Positions 1 to 7,741 of a stretch of 32,000 bases of DNA are shown piece after piece. Origin of the DNA: Allobaculum fili (GTDB lineage Bacteria > Bacillota_I > Bacilli_A > Erysipelotrichales > Erysipelotrichaceae); assembly GCF_020969955.1 (NCBI RefSeq), contig NZ_JAHDSX010000016.1, positions 13,366 through 45,365 on the forward strand, in the 5' to 3' direction. Position numbers and translations under genes: made by a program. The notes under the pieces are model-generated. The model saw only the letters and a program-made list of their open reading frames with translations, made no database searches and was not told the DNA's origin. The first letter of the stretch is position 1; the number at the start of each line of letters is the position of its first letter.

Positions 1-577
1 CCTTGTCGATGGTCTGTTCCGCAATGAGAGCCAGGTAGATTTCCTGGATCTTCAGCTTGATTTTATCGAGGGTGGAAAGCGAACCTTTTTCCGCTTCCAG
101 CTTGGCTTCCTGGTTTTTGGTGAAGGCGTTGTCGATCATCTGCATGGTCAGTGTCGAACCGCCCTGGCCAAGACTTCCGCTCTGCAGGTTGGAAAGAGCG
201 GCTGCCGTGAAACGCGGAAGGTCAAAACCGTTATGAGTAAAGAAACGGGAATCCTCTACCGCCAGGAAGGCGTCGATGACATTTTGCGAAAGCTGATCGT
301 ACGTAATGTCGTCGCGGATTTCGGAACCAAATTCATAAAACATGTTTCCGGAATCATCAAAGATTCGGGAGTTGGATAATGTGGACAAGCCGTCCTTGGA
401 AAAGCGCATGCCTTCCGGGTCGTTAATAATATTGACGAGCACGAAGAAGACCGAAACGCATCCGACCAGAAACAGGGTCAGAACGGCGATCGCGATCTTG
501 TTCCAGGCATCGAGCGTCTTTCGCGGCTTGCCAGTAGGGCGGGCGGAAGGTTGGCGCCCGTGTTGCTGCTGTGCCAT
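1..577 (-). CDS. ponA: Class A penicillin-binding protein (PBP1A type), N-terminal part only: cytoplasmic tail, TM helix and start of the GT51 glycosyltransferase domain. The gene runs off the window start.
   Basis: Not in the ORF track because it leaves the window. Manual reverse translation from the ATG at 575-577 gives MAQQQHGRQPSARPTGKPRKTLDAWNKIAIAVLTLFLVGCVSVFFVLVNII...AFLAVEDSRFFTHNGFDLPRF...GGSTLTMQ. EDxxFxxHxG and GGSTLTxQ are GT51 signature motifs. The gene starts 4 nt after the recU stop, as in the Bacillus recU-ponA operon. Confidence 0.85.
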   Translation of the reverse strand, partial: MAQQQHGRQPSARPTGKPRKTLDAWNKIAIAVLTLFLVGCVSVFFVLVNIINDPEGMRFSKDGLSTLSNSRIFDDSGNMFYEFGSEIRDDITYDQLSQNVIDAFLAVEDSRFFTHNGFDLPRFTAAALSNLQSGSLGQGGSTLTMQMIDNAFTKNQEAKLEAEKGSLSTLDKIKLKIQEIYLALIAEQTIDK

Positions 578-580
578 TTT

Positions 581-1195
581 CTATTTGTCTCCTTTCAAAG
601 GGGTTTCCATATAATAAGCTGCATATTTCTCGTCGACTGCAGACAGGTAGTCGACTCTTGGATAAAGTCCTTCTTTAAGCAGAATCCCATTCTGTTCAAA
701 CCATGAAACAGGAATGGATTTCGCCTGCGTCTGCTGGTGTGCGGCGATCAGATCGCCGGCATCGACCAGATACGTTTGCATCAGACTTGTAAAGCGTACA
801 ATAAAAAAACCGATCCCGCCCTGTTCCTGAACACGCTGAAGGTGTTCAATCTGATGTTCCTGGACGAGATATTTAGGAAAGCTTGTACGGTTCTGCGTCT
901 GTTTGGCTTCAAAGTCTACGTATCTTCCTCGATAGAGACCGTTGTAGTCGGTCGTGGAGGGCGTTCGATAGTAGGCTTCCGTGATTTTCGCACGGCCCCG
1001 GCTGGGGTAGTCCACATGGACGACCTGTACAGGGGTCGGCTTTTTATAGATCAGGGCCCGCTTCATCTCCCGGTAGTACAGATTGGAAGCGTTGAGATCG
1101 TCTTCCAGACTGGACCCCCGGTCTGCATGGTTGTCGCTCATGCGGCGCACGCCCTGCGCCTTGTGCATTCCGGCGGGATATTTTATCTGACTCAT
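581..1195 (-). CDS. recU: Holliday junction resolvase RecU
   Basis: The ORF 581..1270 contains ...RGSSLEDDLNASNLYY...IYKKPTPVQVVHVDYP...STTDYNGLYRGRYVDFEAKQT...HQIEHL..., which is colinear with B. subtilis RecU. I placed the start at MSQIKYPAG (ATG 1193-1195) by analogy with the Bacillus MIRYPNG N-terminus. No clear SD is visible, so the upstream ATG at 1270 cannot be excluded. Confidence 0.9.
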   Translation of the reverse strand: MSQIKYPAGMHKAQGVRRMSDNHADRGSSLEDDLNASNLYYREMKRALIYKKPTPVQVVHVDYPSRGRAKITEAYYRTPSTTDYNGLYRGRYVDFEAKQTQNRTSFPKYLVQEHQIEHLQRVQEQGGIGFFIVRFTSLMQTYLVDAGDLIAAHQQTQAKSIPVSWFEQNGILLKEGLYPRVDYLSAVDEKYAAYYMETPLKGDK

Positions 1196-1410
1196 CGTCT
1201 GAATTATATAGAAAAACCATGGCGCTTTCAACGAACCAGACGGCTCGTCCCGTTCCATGCAAAAAGACATATTCAGGATATTCCCGCTTTATTTAAAGGA
1301 TATTAAGTGTTTGTTTTCGTTTTCTTAAATTCGGCTTTCACGAGCGTAAGACGATGGAGTCACATATTGTGAAATTATACTATAAAATCACAAGAAAGGA
1401 ACCTTAAGGA

Positions 1411-1439
1411 TTGAGGTGTTTCTTTTCATTTGATATAAT
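1411..1439 (+). promoter_or_regulatory. Sigma-A type promoter for the gpsB-like gene (-35 TTGAGG, 17-bp spacer, extended -10 TGaTATAAT)
   Basis: TTGAGG lies at 1411-1416, TG at 1431-1432 and TATAAT at 1434-1439. The element sits about 25 nt upstream of the SD GGAGGA (1452-1457). Confidence 0.6.
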
Positions 1440-1464
1440 GACAAACGCAATGGAGGAAGTTCAC

Positions 1465-1920
1465 ATGGCATTCAGATTAACCGCCCAGCAGATTTACGAT
1501 AAGGAATTCCCGTCCAAGGAAAAAGGCTACGACGCCGATCAGGTTGACTCGTTCCTGGACGATATTATTGAAGATTATCAGGATTTTGATGATCAGAGCA
1601 GAGAACTCTCCTCCGCACTGATTCATTCCAACGAACGCGTGGTCCAGCTTGAACAGGAAAACAAGGACCAGGCCGCAAAACTCGCCGACCTTCAGGAACA
1701 GCTGAAGGCGCTCACGGAACAGGTGGCAAACCTGACCGCGGAAAACGAAGCGCTCTCCAGCCAGGCCCAGGAAGCCAAAGAGCAGGCGGAAGCCAGCGCC
1801 AAGGCGCTTGAAGAAGCTAAAGCGGCAGCCGAAGAAGAAAAAGAAGAAGAGAAAGCCGAACCGCTCACGCTCGAAGAGCGCGTAGCCCGTCTGGAAGCGG
1901 CTGTATTCGCTTCGCACTAA
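1465..1920 (+). CDS. gpsB: DivIVA-domain cell-cycle protein, GpsB-like, with an acidic coiled-coil C-terminal extension
   Basis: MAFRLTAQQIYDKEFPSKEKGYDADQVDSFLDDIIEDYQDF matches the DivIVA/GpsB N-terminal domain. The ATG at 1465 follows the SD GGAGGA by 7 nt. The track start at 1411 is a TTG inside the promoter. The gene is divergent from recU and upstream of rnpB, as for B. subtilis gpsB. Confidence 0.8.
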   Translation: MAFRLTAQQIYDKEFPSKEKGYDADQVDSFLDDIIEDYQDFDDQSRELSSALIHSNERVVQLEQENKDQAAKLADLQEQLKALTEQVANLTAENEALSSQAQEAKEQAEASAKALEEAKAAAEEEKEEEKAEPLTLEERVARLEAAVFASH

Positions 1921-1948
1921 TTTTAATTTTAATCGATTCTTTGAATCG

Positions 1949-2343
1949 ACAAATGGTTCTGAACAGAACGACGCAGCTGCTGGCAGCCTGACTGCCAGAG
2001 GAAAGTCCATGCTCGCACAGTCTGCGATGACTGTAGTGTTTGTGCCAGCCGAATCAATAAGACTGGGGTGTTCGCAAGAACATACGGCTGTACGGAAGCC
2101 TAAAAAAGGAATCCTCCTTTCATGGCCGACGTCTTTAAAAGTGCCACAGAGACGAAGCTTTTTCGGAAACGAAAAAGGTGGAACGGGTAAACCCCTCAAG
2201 CGAGAAACCCAAATTTGGTAGGGGAACTGTCCGAGGCCAACTGAAGCCAGAGACAGATGCGTACGCATAGATAAATTGCTGCGGCTTTTTGCTTTCGCGA
2301 AAAGAACAGAACATGGCTTATGACTTTTGCTCAGACGTTTGTA
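1949..2343 (+). ncRNA. rnpB: RNase P RNA, Bacillus-type (type B); ends approximate (+/-10 nt)
   Basis: AGAGGAAAGTCCATGCTCGCAC (1997-2018), AGTGCCACAGAGACGAAG (about 2140-2157), GGTAAACCCCTCAAGCGAGAAACCCAAATTTGGTAGGGG (about 2186-2224) and ACAGAACATGGCTTAT (about 2306-2321) closely match the universally conserved and B. subtilis rnpB segments. A P1-like pairing joins ACAAATGG..TCTGA (1949-) to TCAGACGTTTGT (2331-2342). A P3-like hairpin is CTGGCAG/CTGCCAG. Confidence 0.95.
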
Positions 2344-2344
2344 C

Positions 2345-2370
2345 GTCCGGATTCGTCCGGGCGTTTTTTT
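2345..2370 (+). terminator. Intrinsic terminator after rnpB
   Basis: The stem GTCCGGA/TCCGGGC (one G-U pair) closes a TTCG loop and is followed by GTTTTTTT (2363-2370). Confidence 0.75.
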
Positions 2371-2391
2371 ATGCCTTCTGCATCGAACAAA

Positions 2392-2428
2392 GAAAAAGGC
2401 CAGAACGGATCGGGAAGATCCGTCCTGG
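2392..2428 (-). terminator. Intrinsic terminator of the thiT-like gene
   Basis: A 13-bp stem GCCAGAACGGATC/GATCCGTCCTGGC (one mismatch) closes a 5-nt loop. On the minus strand it is followed by CTTTTTCTTTG. It lies 55 nt past the stop at 2483. Confidence 0.7.
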
Positions 2429-2482
2429 CTGTCTGCAGACCATGGGTAAGTTTGAAACGCCGGGTCTGCCGATACCGTTTTT

Positions 2483-3031
2483 CTAAACGTGGAAGGAAAC
2501 TCGTTTGGACAGCGCGCGAACGAGCAGCGGAACGAGAATCAGATCGACGATCAGGGTCGGAATCATATAGGAAGACTGATAGACGATGGATCCCCACCAG
2601 GTAACGCCGTAGAAGACAACGCCGGAAATGGTCGAGGACAGAAAGCGGATCAGGTTGGTGATCAGCACACCGGAATAAAAGTACTTCCAGTTTGGGAACA
2701 GGCATGCGATGCCGTACACGGAAAAGGCGATGAAATAATCGAGCAGAAACTGTGTAAAGCCCAGAATATACATCTGTCCGGTAACAAACTGAATCAGAAC
2801 CGAAAGCATGGCGGTAATCAGACCAAGCTGCCAGCCGAGATGATAGCTGGCCAGAAGAAGCGCGATAGTTCCCAGACCGAGCGTTCCGCCCTGCGGCATA
2901 CGGAAGAGCGGCAGGGTATTGCTCAGGTAGTCGAGAACAAAAAACAGCGCCAGATACATGGCCATGTAGGCGATGCTTCGGGTGGTAAATTTGCTGTCCT
3001 TGCGGACACTCGTTTTTGAACGATCAGACAT
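2483..3031 (-). CDS. thiT: ECF transporter S component, ThiT/YuaJ-like (thiamine-type substrate-binding membrane protein)
   Basis: A multi-TM protein with ...LFRMPQGGTLGLGTIALLLASY..GW..G... and ...FLLDYFIAFSVYGIACLF..., colinear with B. subtilis YuaJ (..MPQGGSVS.., ..LLDYIVAFAALGISGCF..). The start is the ATG at 3029-3031 (MSDRSK), preceded by the SD AAGGAG. The longer track ORF (to 3256) has no support. Confidence 0.8.
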   Translation of the reverse strand: MSDRSKTSVRKDSKFTTRSIAYMAMYLALFFVLDYLSNTLPLFRMPQGGTLGLGTIALLLASYHLGWQLGLITAMLSVLIQFVTGQMYILGFTQFLLDYFIAFSVYGIACLFPNWKYFYSGVLITNLIRFLSSTISGVVFYGVTWWGSIVYQSSYMIPTLIVDLILVPLLVRALSKRVSFHV

Positions 3032-3266
3032 TTTCGTTTTCTCCTTTTTATACGCAGAAGAAAGCCGGATTTTCATGACTGCACGCCGTTCGTGCACCAG
3101 AGAGCGAAATACCAGAAGAAGGCTGAACGCTTTTCCTTTGCGCCTGAAAAGAATTCTCTTCCTTATTCTGGACCATTCAATCGAGCAGCGAACGAACAGA
3201 CGTATTGTAATACGCAAAGAGGACGGGCGCCTGAAATTGGACACGTTCGCATTCAATTCTTCCTTT

Positions 3267-3302
3267 TCTCTGTGCGTTTTCCTTCTCTATGCGTTTTCCT
3301 TC
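3267..3302. repeat. Imperfect tandem repeat TCT(CTG/A)TGCGTTTTCCTTC x2 in the thiT-like leader
   Basis: Copy 1 is 3267-3285 (TCTCTGTGCGTTTTCCTTC). Copy 2 is 3286-3302 (TCTATGCGTTTTCCTTC). Confidence 0.7.
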
Positions 3303-3354
3303 GTTTACACTGCCGCTTTTCGGCCGAATCGAAACGCTTCCCCTCGTCTGAGTT

Positions 3355-3363
3355 ATTATTTTT
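3355..3363. repeat. Target-site duplication (left copy) ATTATTTTT of the ISL3 element
   Basis: An identical 9-mer lies at 4935-4943. The two copies directly abut the GGCTC...GAGCC element termini. Confidence 0.8.
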
Positions 3364-4818
3364 GGCTCATTTTCACTAGAAAAATGGTTCGATGAAAAAT
3401 TTTGTGGAATTTGGGATTCTTGGTTGATGGGTTTCTTGAAGCATCGATGATCTTAAGAAAGAAATACCCATCATCCTTGAAACCATAAGCCTGTCGTCTG
3501 ACGGTCTTGATCTTGTTATTGATTCCTTCAATCTTTTCTGAAGATATCCCGTAAATGGCATGCGAAAGGATCCCTTCATAATGGTTCTCGCTGAGTCGCG
3601 CAAACCATTTAAAGTGCTTGTTTTTCGTTCCTTTGCACGTGTCAATCAGTGAATTCAGCAGCTGCGCCATCTCCTCTGGATCTGAGCGTTTGAAGGCTCT
3701 TTCCAGCTGGTCTTTTACCAGATCGCAGGTCATGAAGAGAGAGTTCACCTTGAGCAGTTCGTTATACCGTTTGACAAAACCTGTTTTGGCAAGAACTGGC
3801 TTTAACCCAAACAAGGTGTTCTCGCCACCCATCATGGCTCCAGCCTTCCCTTTTGCATCTTTGGAAGCCAGCGTTGCCTTAGAAGACATCAGAATATACT
3901 TCGACCCTTTGAGAAGCCTGGCCTGCACGATTTCACCGCTTGCGATCAGCTCTCTCTCTGAGCATCCTTCCGGACTTCAGAGACCACTTTATCGTTAAAA
4001 TTCTTAACGATATGAAAATAGTCAAATACGATAGAAATCCATGGGCATCGATCTTGAAATGCTTCCTGAAAATCAGAGTTCATGTCACAGGCAACAGCTT
4101 GAACATGACTCATCCATTCAATACCCGCATGATCAATAAAATCGTATACGACCTGTTTCTACTTGCCTCTGGCAATCCAAAGAACATGGCCGGTTTCCAG
4201 ATCGATGATATGGGTGGCGTATTTATGGCCGTTATGAAGCTTGAATTCATCGATAGCCAGATATCGACTGCAGGTATCGGTTTTCTTCAGCACTGGTCCG
4301 AGTTCCGTCTGATCCGTATAAAGCCTGCTCAGCCTGGCTTTATCAATCTCGCCAACGAGATGAGCTCCGACACCAGTCCGCTCAGCGATTTCCTTCAGGG
4401 TATAGCGGCCGCTTGCCAGCAGATCTTCAATGTACGATTCGAGAGCTGTAGTAATCGTATGCTTCTGTGCTCTGAATGGAATAGATCGCATTTGTGTATG
4501 ATGGCCGTTCTCGCAGAAGAGGCGCTGAACCTTCACGGTGACATGGATATAAGTCAAGCCAAAGGGAAGGTGGCGTAGTGTGATTGAACGAGATGATTTG
4601 ATGTGCATCTTCTGACCGCAAACGGGGCAGATTCGTTCTTCATCAGTGACTTCACAGAGTACTCCGTCACACTGATAGATGGAATGATTTCCGGAAGCAT
4701 CGATCCGGGAATAAACACCTGACTGGGTAAAGCCCGGCAGCGATGAGGGAATGAAAAGCAGACCGTTATTCGATTCATTGGAAACTTGAAAAGCAGCTGA
4801 AGAGTTAGTAGAGTACAT
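3356..4818 (-). pseudogene. ISL3-family transposase, disrupted by an in-frame TAG and a +2 frameshift
   Basis: The N-terminal ORF 4159..4818 ends ...HVLWIARGK at a TAG (4159-4161). The same frame then continues KQVVYDFIDHAGIEWMSHVQAVACDMNSDFQEAFQDRCPWISIVFDYFHIVKNFNDKVVSEVRKDAQRE and breaks in a (CT)5/(AG)5 run at 3950-3959. The C-terminal part (ELIASGEIVQARLLKGSKYIL...YFFLKIIDASR) resumes in the frame of ORF 3356..3928. That ORF reads out through the left IR into flanking DNA. Confidence 0.85.
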
Positions 4819-4934
4819 ACGGGATCTCCTGTATCTGGTAGTCTTGATCGACTTTTCCAGCTTACGGAAGACCCTTTTTATTTTCTATATGAAGACATTG
4901 GCTCGGAGGATCCCACAAATATTTTCGTAGAGCC
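3364..4934 (-). mobile_element. ISL3-family insertion sequence (about 1.57 kb) with terminal inverted repeats and flanking direct repeats; the transposase is inactivated
   Basis: The termini are GGCTC... (3364) and ...GAGCC (4934). The right IR read inward, GGCTCTACGAAAATATTTGTGGGAT, matches the left-end internal GGTTCGATGAAAAATTTTGTGGAAT (3385-3409). 9-bp direct repeats flank the element. The encoded protein has the ISL3 layout (zinc-finger CPVCG, HTH, DDE region). Confidence 0.85.
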
Positions 4935-4943
4935 ATTATTTTT
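4935..4943. repeat. Target-site duplication (right copy) ATTATTTTT
   Basis: Identical to 3355-3363. It contains the stop codon (4936-4938) of the vanW-like gene. Confidence 0.8.
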
Positions 4944-5769
4944 CGGAGGTGCGAATCATGTCTTCAGGAATCATGGATGGATCAAACATGACCTTGGAAT
5001 GGTTGTTCCAGATCAGCTCGCGGTTTAGGAGATAACCGTCAGCATCGCAGACTTCCTTATAAATTTTGCTGATGCGGTAATAGGTATCGCCTTCTTTTTC
5101 AAAATGATGATCGTCTTCCGTGATGCGATAAGTCTGATCAAATGGATGGATGCTGCGAAGTTCCGCCGTCAGGGTGTCGTCCGGGCAGATGATCACCAGC
5201 TGGAAATCCGCATCCGTTTCGTTTTTGAAACGGTAGTCCACATAGTTGTAGGCAACCGAGGTTCCGTTGGCCATGGGAATGCGATGGTCGAGATCGCACG
5301 CCAGCGCATCGGAATGCTGGTGGAATTCGGTAATGGTTAAAGGACTGCGTAAAACCGCGTTGCAGATCACGTTGGCCAGATTGCACAGACCGCCGCCCAC
5401 ATCCACGATCAGACGGTTGTCCTTAATGACACGTCCTTCACGGTAGCCTTTCTTACGAGAAATGGAACCGACGGTTTTCCAGAAGGAGAAGGTTTCGCCT
5501 GGATGAATGATCATGCCGGTCAGCTTGCTGGAAGCGATGTGGACATTGACTGCTTTGTTTTCCTGCGTGACGGGATCGATTCCCGGTCCCTTTTTCATCA
5601 TGGGAACGGAATAGGAAGCCACCACATACGGAAGCGGTTCCTCCTGCCGTGTTCTGGAGATGGTTTCTTTCGAGACCAGGTCCTGTATGTTACGAACCAG
5701 AATGCCTTTGTTTACCGACAGCTGCCATAAAAACGGATAGCGTTCGGAAAGAGGTCTGCGCTCACTCAT
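4936..5769 (-). CDS. VanW-family protein (function unknown; the family is named after the vanB cluster gene)
   Basis: ...IHPGETFSFWKTVG...GYREG....VDVGGGLCNLANV... is the VanW-domain core as I recall it. The SD AGGAGA lies 6 nt upstream. The ATG overlaps the stop of the upstream HAD gene (ATGA, 5766-5769). Confidence 0.8.
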   Translation of the reverse strand: MSERRPLSERYPFLWQLSVNKGILVRNIQDLVSKETISRTRQEEPLPYVVASYSVPMMKKGPGIDPVTQENKAVNVHIASSKLTGMIIHPGETFSFWKTVGSISRKKGYREGRVIKDNRLIVDVGGGLCNLANVICNAVLRSPLTITEFHQHSDALACDLDHRIPMANGTSVAYNYVDYRFKNETDADFQLVIICPDDTLTAELRSIHPFDQTYRITEDDHHFEKEGDTYYRISKIYKEVCDADGYLLNRELIWNNHSKVMFDPSMIPEDMIRTSEK

Positions 5770-6305
5770 GCCTGTTCTCCTTTCTTCAGACGGATATGAC
5801 CTAGCCGATGATCGTATCGGCCGTTTTGAAACAGTTTCAGAAGAGCGGCTTCTACATAGCGGGTTTTTCCGATCTTCTGTCCCGGAACGGTAATGTAGTG
5901 GACCAGAATACTGGGGATACCTGCACCATTGGCACAGACAATATCCTTGAAAATCTGATCGCCGATGACTACGGCCTGATCCGCCTTCAGATTCAGCATC
6001 TCCAGGGACTTCCGGCAGGCAGCGGGATCGGGCTTGCCCGCTTCGGCAACGTATGGCGAATCGATATTTTTCAGAAAATCCAGAATACGCTCTTCGCTGT
6101 TATCCGAGAGGATCAGCGTCTGAAAGCCGAGCTGATGCAGTCTGGCAAACAGCCCGTCCACTTCGGGTGTGGATGGAGCGCCATGATGAACGAGCGTATT
6201 GTCGAGATCAAAAATCAGCCCGCGAATGCCCTGAGCGTAGAGCTTTTCATAATCGATCGCAAAAACCGAGGGGACGTATTCATACGGATAATACTTTTCT
6301 AGCAT
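5766..6305 (-). CDS. YqeG-family HAD-IIIA phosphatase (phosphatidylglycerophosphatase-like)
   Basis: HAD motif I is FDLDNTLV, with ...ILSDNSE..., ...AGKPDP... and GDQIFKD. The size (179 aa) and layout match YqeG. The SD AAGGAGA is present. The gene overlaps the upstream gene by 7 nt. Confidence 0.8.
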   Translation of the reverse strand: MLEKYYPYEYVPSVFAIDYEKLYAQGIRGLIFDLDNTLVHHGAPSTPEVDGLFARLHQLGFQTLILSDNSEERILDFLKNIDSPYVAEAGKPDPAACRKSLEMLNLKADQAVVIGDQIFKDIVCANGAGIPSILVHYITVPGQKIGKTRYVEAALLKLFQNGRYDHRLGHIRLKKGEQA

Positions 6306-7069
6306 GTCGTCTCCTTTTTCGTTTCAGCCGCCCTGTCTTCTGCAGATTTGTCTTTCGCTGCCGGGCGTGCCGTATCCCCAGTATTCTCCGTGTTTGTCAA
6401 AGGCGTCTGCATATACTGGCAGACCGTTTCAATCTGCTCATTGATCGGGCCGCCAAAATGATTTTCGAAAAAGGCGCTGCCGATCGTAAAGGCCCAGGGC
6501 CTGCAAGCGCGCAGCGTGTCGAGACGGCCATAATCGTTAATGCTTCCCGCAACGCATACCGGAAGCGGGCAATGGGCGACGAATTCACGAATCAGCAAGT
6601 CTGCATCTTCGGGACTTCGATAGCCAAGCAGATCGATGCCGTCCACGCCGGCTTCGGCCAGGGCTCTGGCTTCTTCAAGCATCTCCAGGGCGCTTCCATA
6701 TAAAATGGAAGGCCGCTCTTCCACTCTTCCGACAAAAGGCATGTACTTCAGACCCGCTTTTTTGCAGATGGCGTGAATGGCCGGCGAGTACTTCGTACCC
6801 ATCATCATTTCAAAGCCGCATTCCACGGCAAGAAGGGCGCCTTCGAGTCCTTCTTCTTCGCTGTAGGCGACGACTTCAAGCGCCGTGTGCTTGCCGCAGT
6901 CTTTCATGCGATGACACAGTGCCTTCATCTGTTCAAGCGGCAGCGGTTCTTCTTTAAAGCCAAACCATGCCGCGGGGCTGTTTCTGCACTGTTCAAAGAC
7001 AGCCTCTGCGTCGGGAATGGTCAAATCGTTATGCGTAAGCATGACAATCAGCTGGGGAAAATCTTCCAT
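6299..7069 (-). CDS. Hypothetical protein, possibly a (beta/alpha)-barrel enzyme, with a low-complexity C-terminal tail
   Basis: A 256-aa ORF with a strong SD (AAAGGAG, 7 nt from the ATG). It is the first gene of a three-gene overlapping operon. I recognise no catalytic motif (MLTHNDLTIP..., ..GVDGIDLLGYR..), so the barrel call is only an impression from alternating hydrophobic/helical segments. Confidence 0.6.
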   Translation of the reverse strand: MEDFPQLIVMLTHNDLTIPDAEAVFEQCRNSPAAWFGFKEEPLPLEQMKALCHRMKDCGKHTALEVVAYSEEEGLEGALLAVECGFEMMMGTKYSPAIHAICKKAGLKYMPFVGRVEERPSILYGSALEMLEEARALAEAGVDGIDLLGYRSPEDADLLIREFVAHCPLPVCVAGSINDYGRLDTLRACRPWAFTIGSAFFENHFGGPINEQIETVCQYMQTPLTNTENTGDTARPAAKDKSAEDRAAETKKETTC

Positions 7070-7115
7070 TCAGGAGCTCCTTTCTGCGTTGAGACGGATT
7101 CAGATCCGTATCCAT

Positions 7116-7128
7116 AAATCTATAGAAC
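7116..7128 (+). repeat. Copy 1 of the direct-repeat motif AAAT(C/G)TATAGAAC
   Basis: AAATCTATAGAAC. Related copies lie at 7238-7250 (AAATGTATAGAAC) and 8006-8018 (ATTTGTATAGAAC), all in the same orientation. Copy 1 can also be read as the -10 (TATAGA) of a TTCAGA-16 bp-TATAGA promoter-like element (7099-7126). Confidence 0.5.
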
Positions 7129-7170
7129 GGTCAGCCGCTGGAATCGAGAAGATCCCGATCCCATAGGCTT

Positions 7171-7204
7171 TAGACAACCGGTTTTAGACAATAGGGGTAG
7201 ACAA
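7171..7204 (+). promoter_or_regulatory. Three direct TAGACAA repeats spaced 14 and 13 nt apart (possible regulator binding sites)
   Basis: TAGACAAccggttt TAGACAAtagggg TAGACAAaatgg. The hexamers TAGACA lie at 7171, 7185 and 7198. Confidence 0.35.
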
Positions 7205-7237
7205 AATGGAAAAAAACAGGCTCTTTGTACAGATGAA

Positions 7238-7250
7238 AAATGTATAGAAC
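7238..7250 (+). repeat. Copy 2 of the AAAT(C/G)TATAGAAC motif
   Basis: AAATGTATAGAAC. It shares the exact 10-mer TGTATAGAAC with copy 3. Confidence 0.5.
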
Positions 7251-7725
7251 CTCTTACAATCTTCAAAAATAAATCATTTTTCCAGCCCTGTACAGAAAGA
7301 GCTCCTGCAAAAACCAGGGATCGTCTTGGGATCAAGCAGGAAAGAACCATTCAGAAGAGCTTTCTCTATCGGGAAATACGCGATTTTCGGGGATCCGCTT
7401 ACGTTTTGGAAAGTCAGTTCAGCCGCATCTTTAAACGGCAGGAGACAGAGCCAGACAAGGAACCCAAACTTGGGATCTTCTCGCCGCCAATCGAAGCGCT
7501 GCAGTCGAAGAATAGACAATTTTGACGATCAAGATAAATTGGATTGGACCTCGCATATTTTGATGTTTCTTCTTTCCAGCGCACGAGCGATTCAGCGCGC
7601 TCTGTCCGGGACGTTTGTAAGGTGGTATGGTATTAGGGCAAAAAGAGGACACCGGCTGATTTTGGGCTTGCGTACGCTTGAATATCGACAGAAATCGGTC
7701 GAAATCAAAGCGGAGCACAGCCGCT

Positions 7726-7741
7726 CAGAAAAGCTTTTCTG
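7726..7741. promoter_or_regulatory. Perfect 16-bp palindrome CAGAAAAGCTTTTCTG (operator-like)
   Basis: The sequence is self-complementary over all 16 positions. It sits inside an ORF-free region about 360 nt upstream of the MBOAT gene. Confidence 0.35.

Noticed and set aside
3032-3355. Expected TPP riboswitch upstream of the thiT-like gene
   Set aside because: I searched both the leader and its flanks by eye for CUGAGA, ACCUGAUCUGG and GCGUAGGGA-type cores and found none. It is therefore not reported as a feature, though a covariance-model search is needed to be sure.
4159-4161. In-frame TAG in the ISL3 transposase as possible stop-codon recoding
   Set aside because: The same gene also has a frameshift, which points to decay rather than recoding. 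TAG is also used as an ordinary stop in this window (for example coaD, the DinJ-like gene, pgk and tpiA), and long genes such as polC contain no internal stops.
7107-7117. DnaA-box-like GTATCCATAAA (also at 14648-14658)
   Set aside because: It mismatches the TTATCCACA consensus. There are only two isolated copies, and a shared 11-mer between two 1-kb regions is plausible by chance.
7617-7635. T-box-like AAGGTGGTATGGTATT
   Set aside because: It diverges from the conserved GGUGGUACCGCG core. No specifier-loop architecture is present and no downstream aminoacyl-tRNA-related gene.
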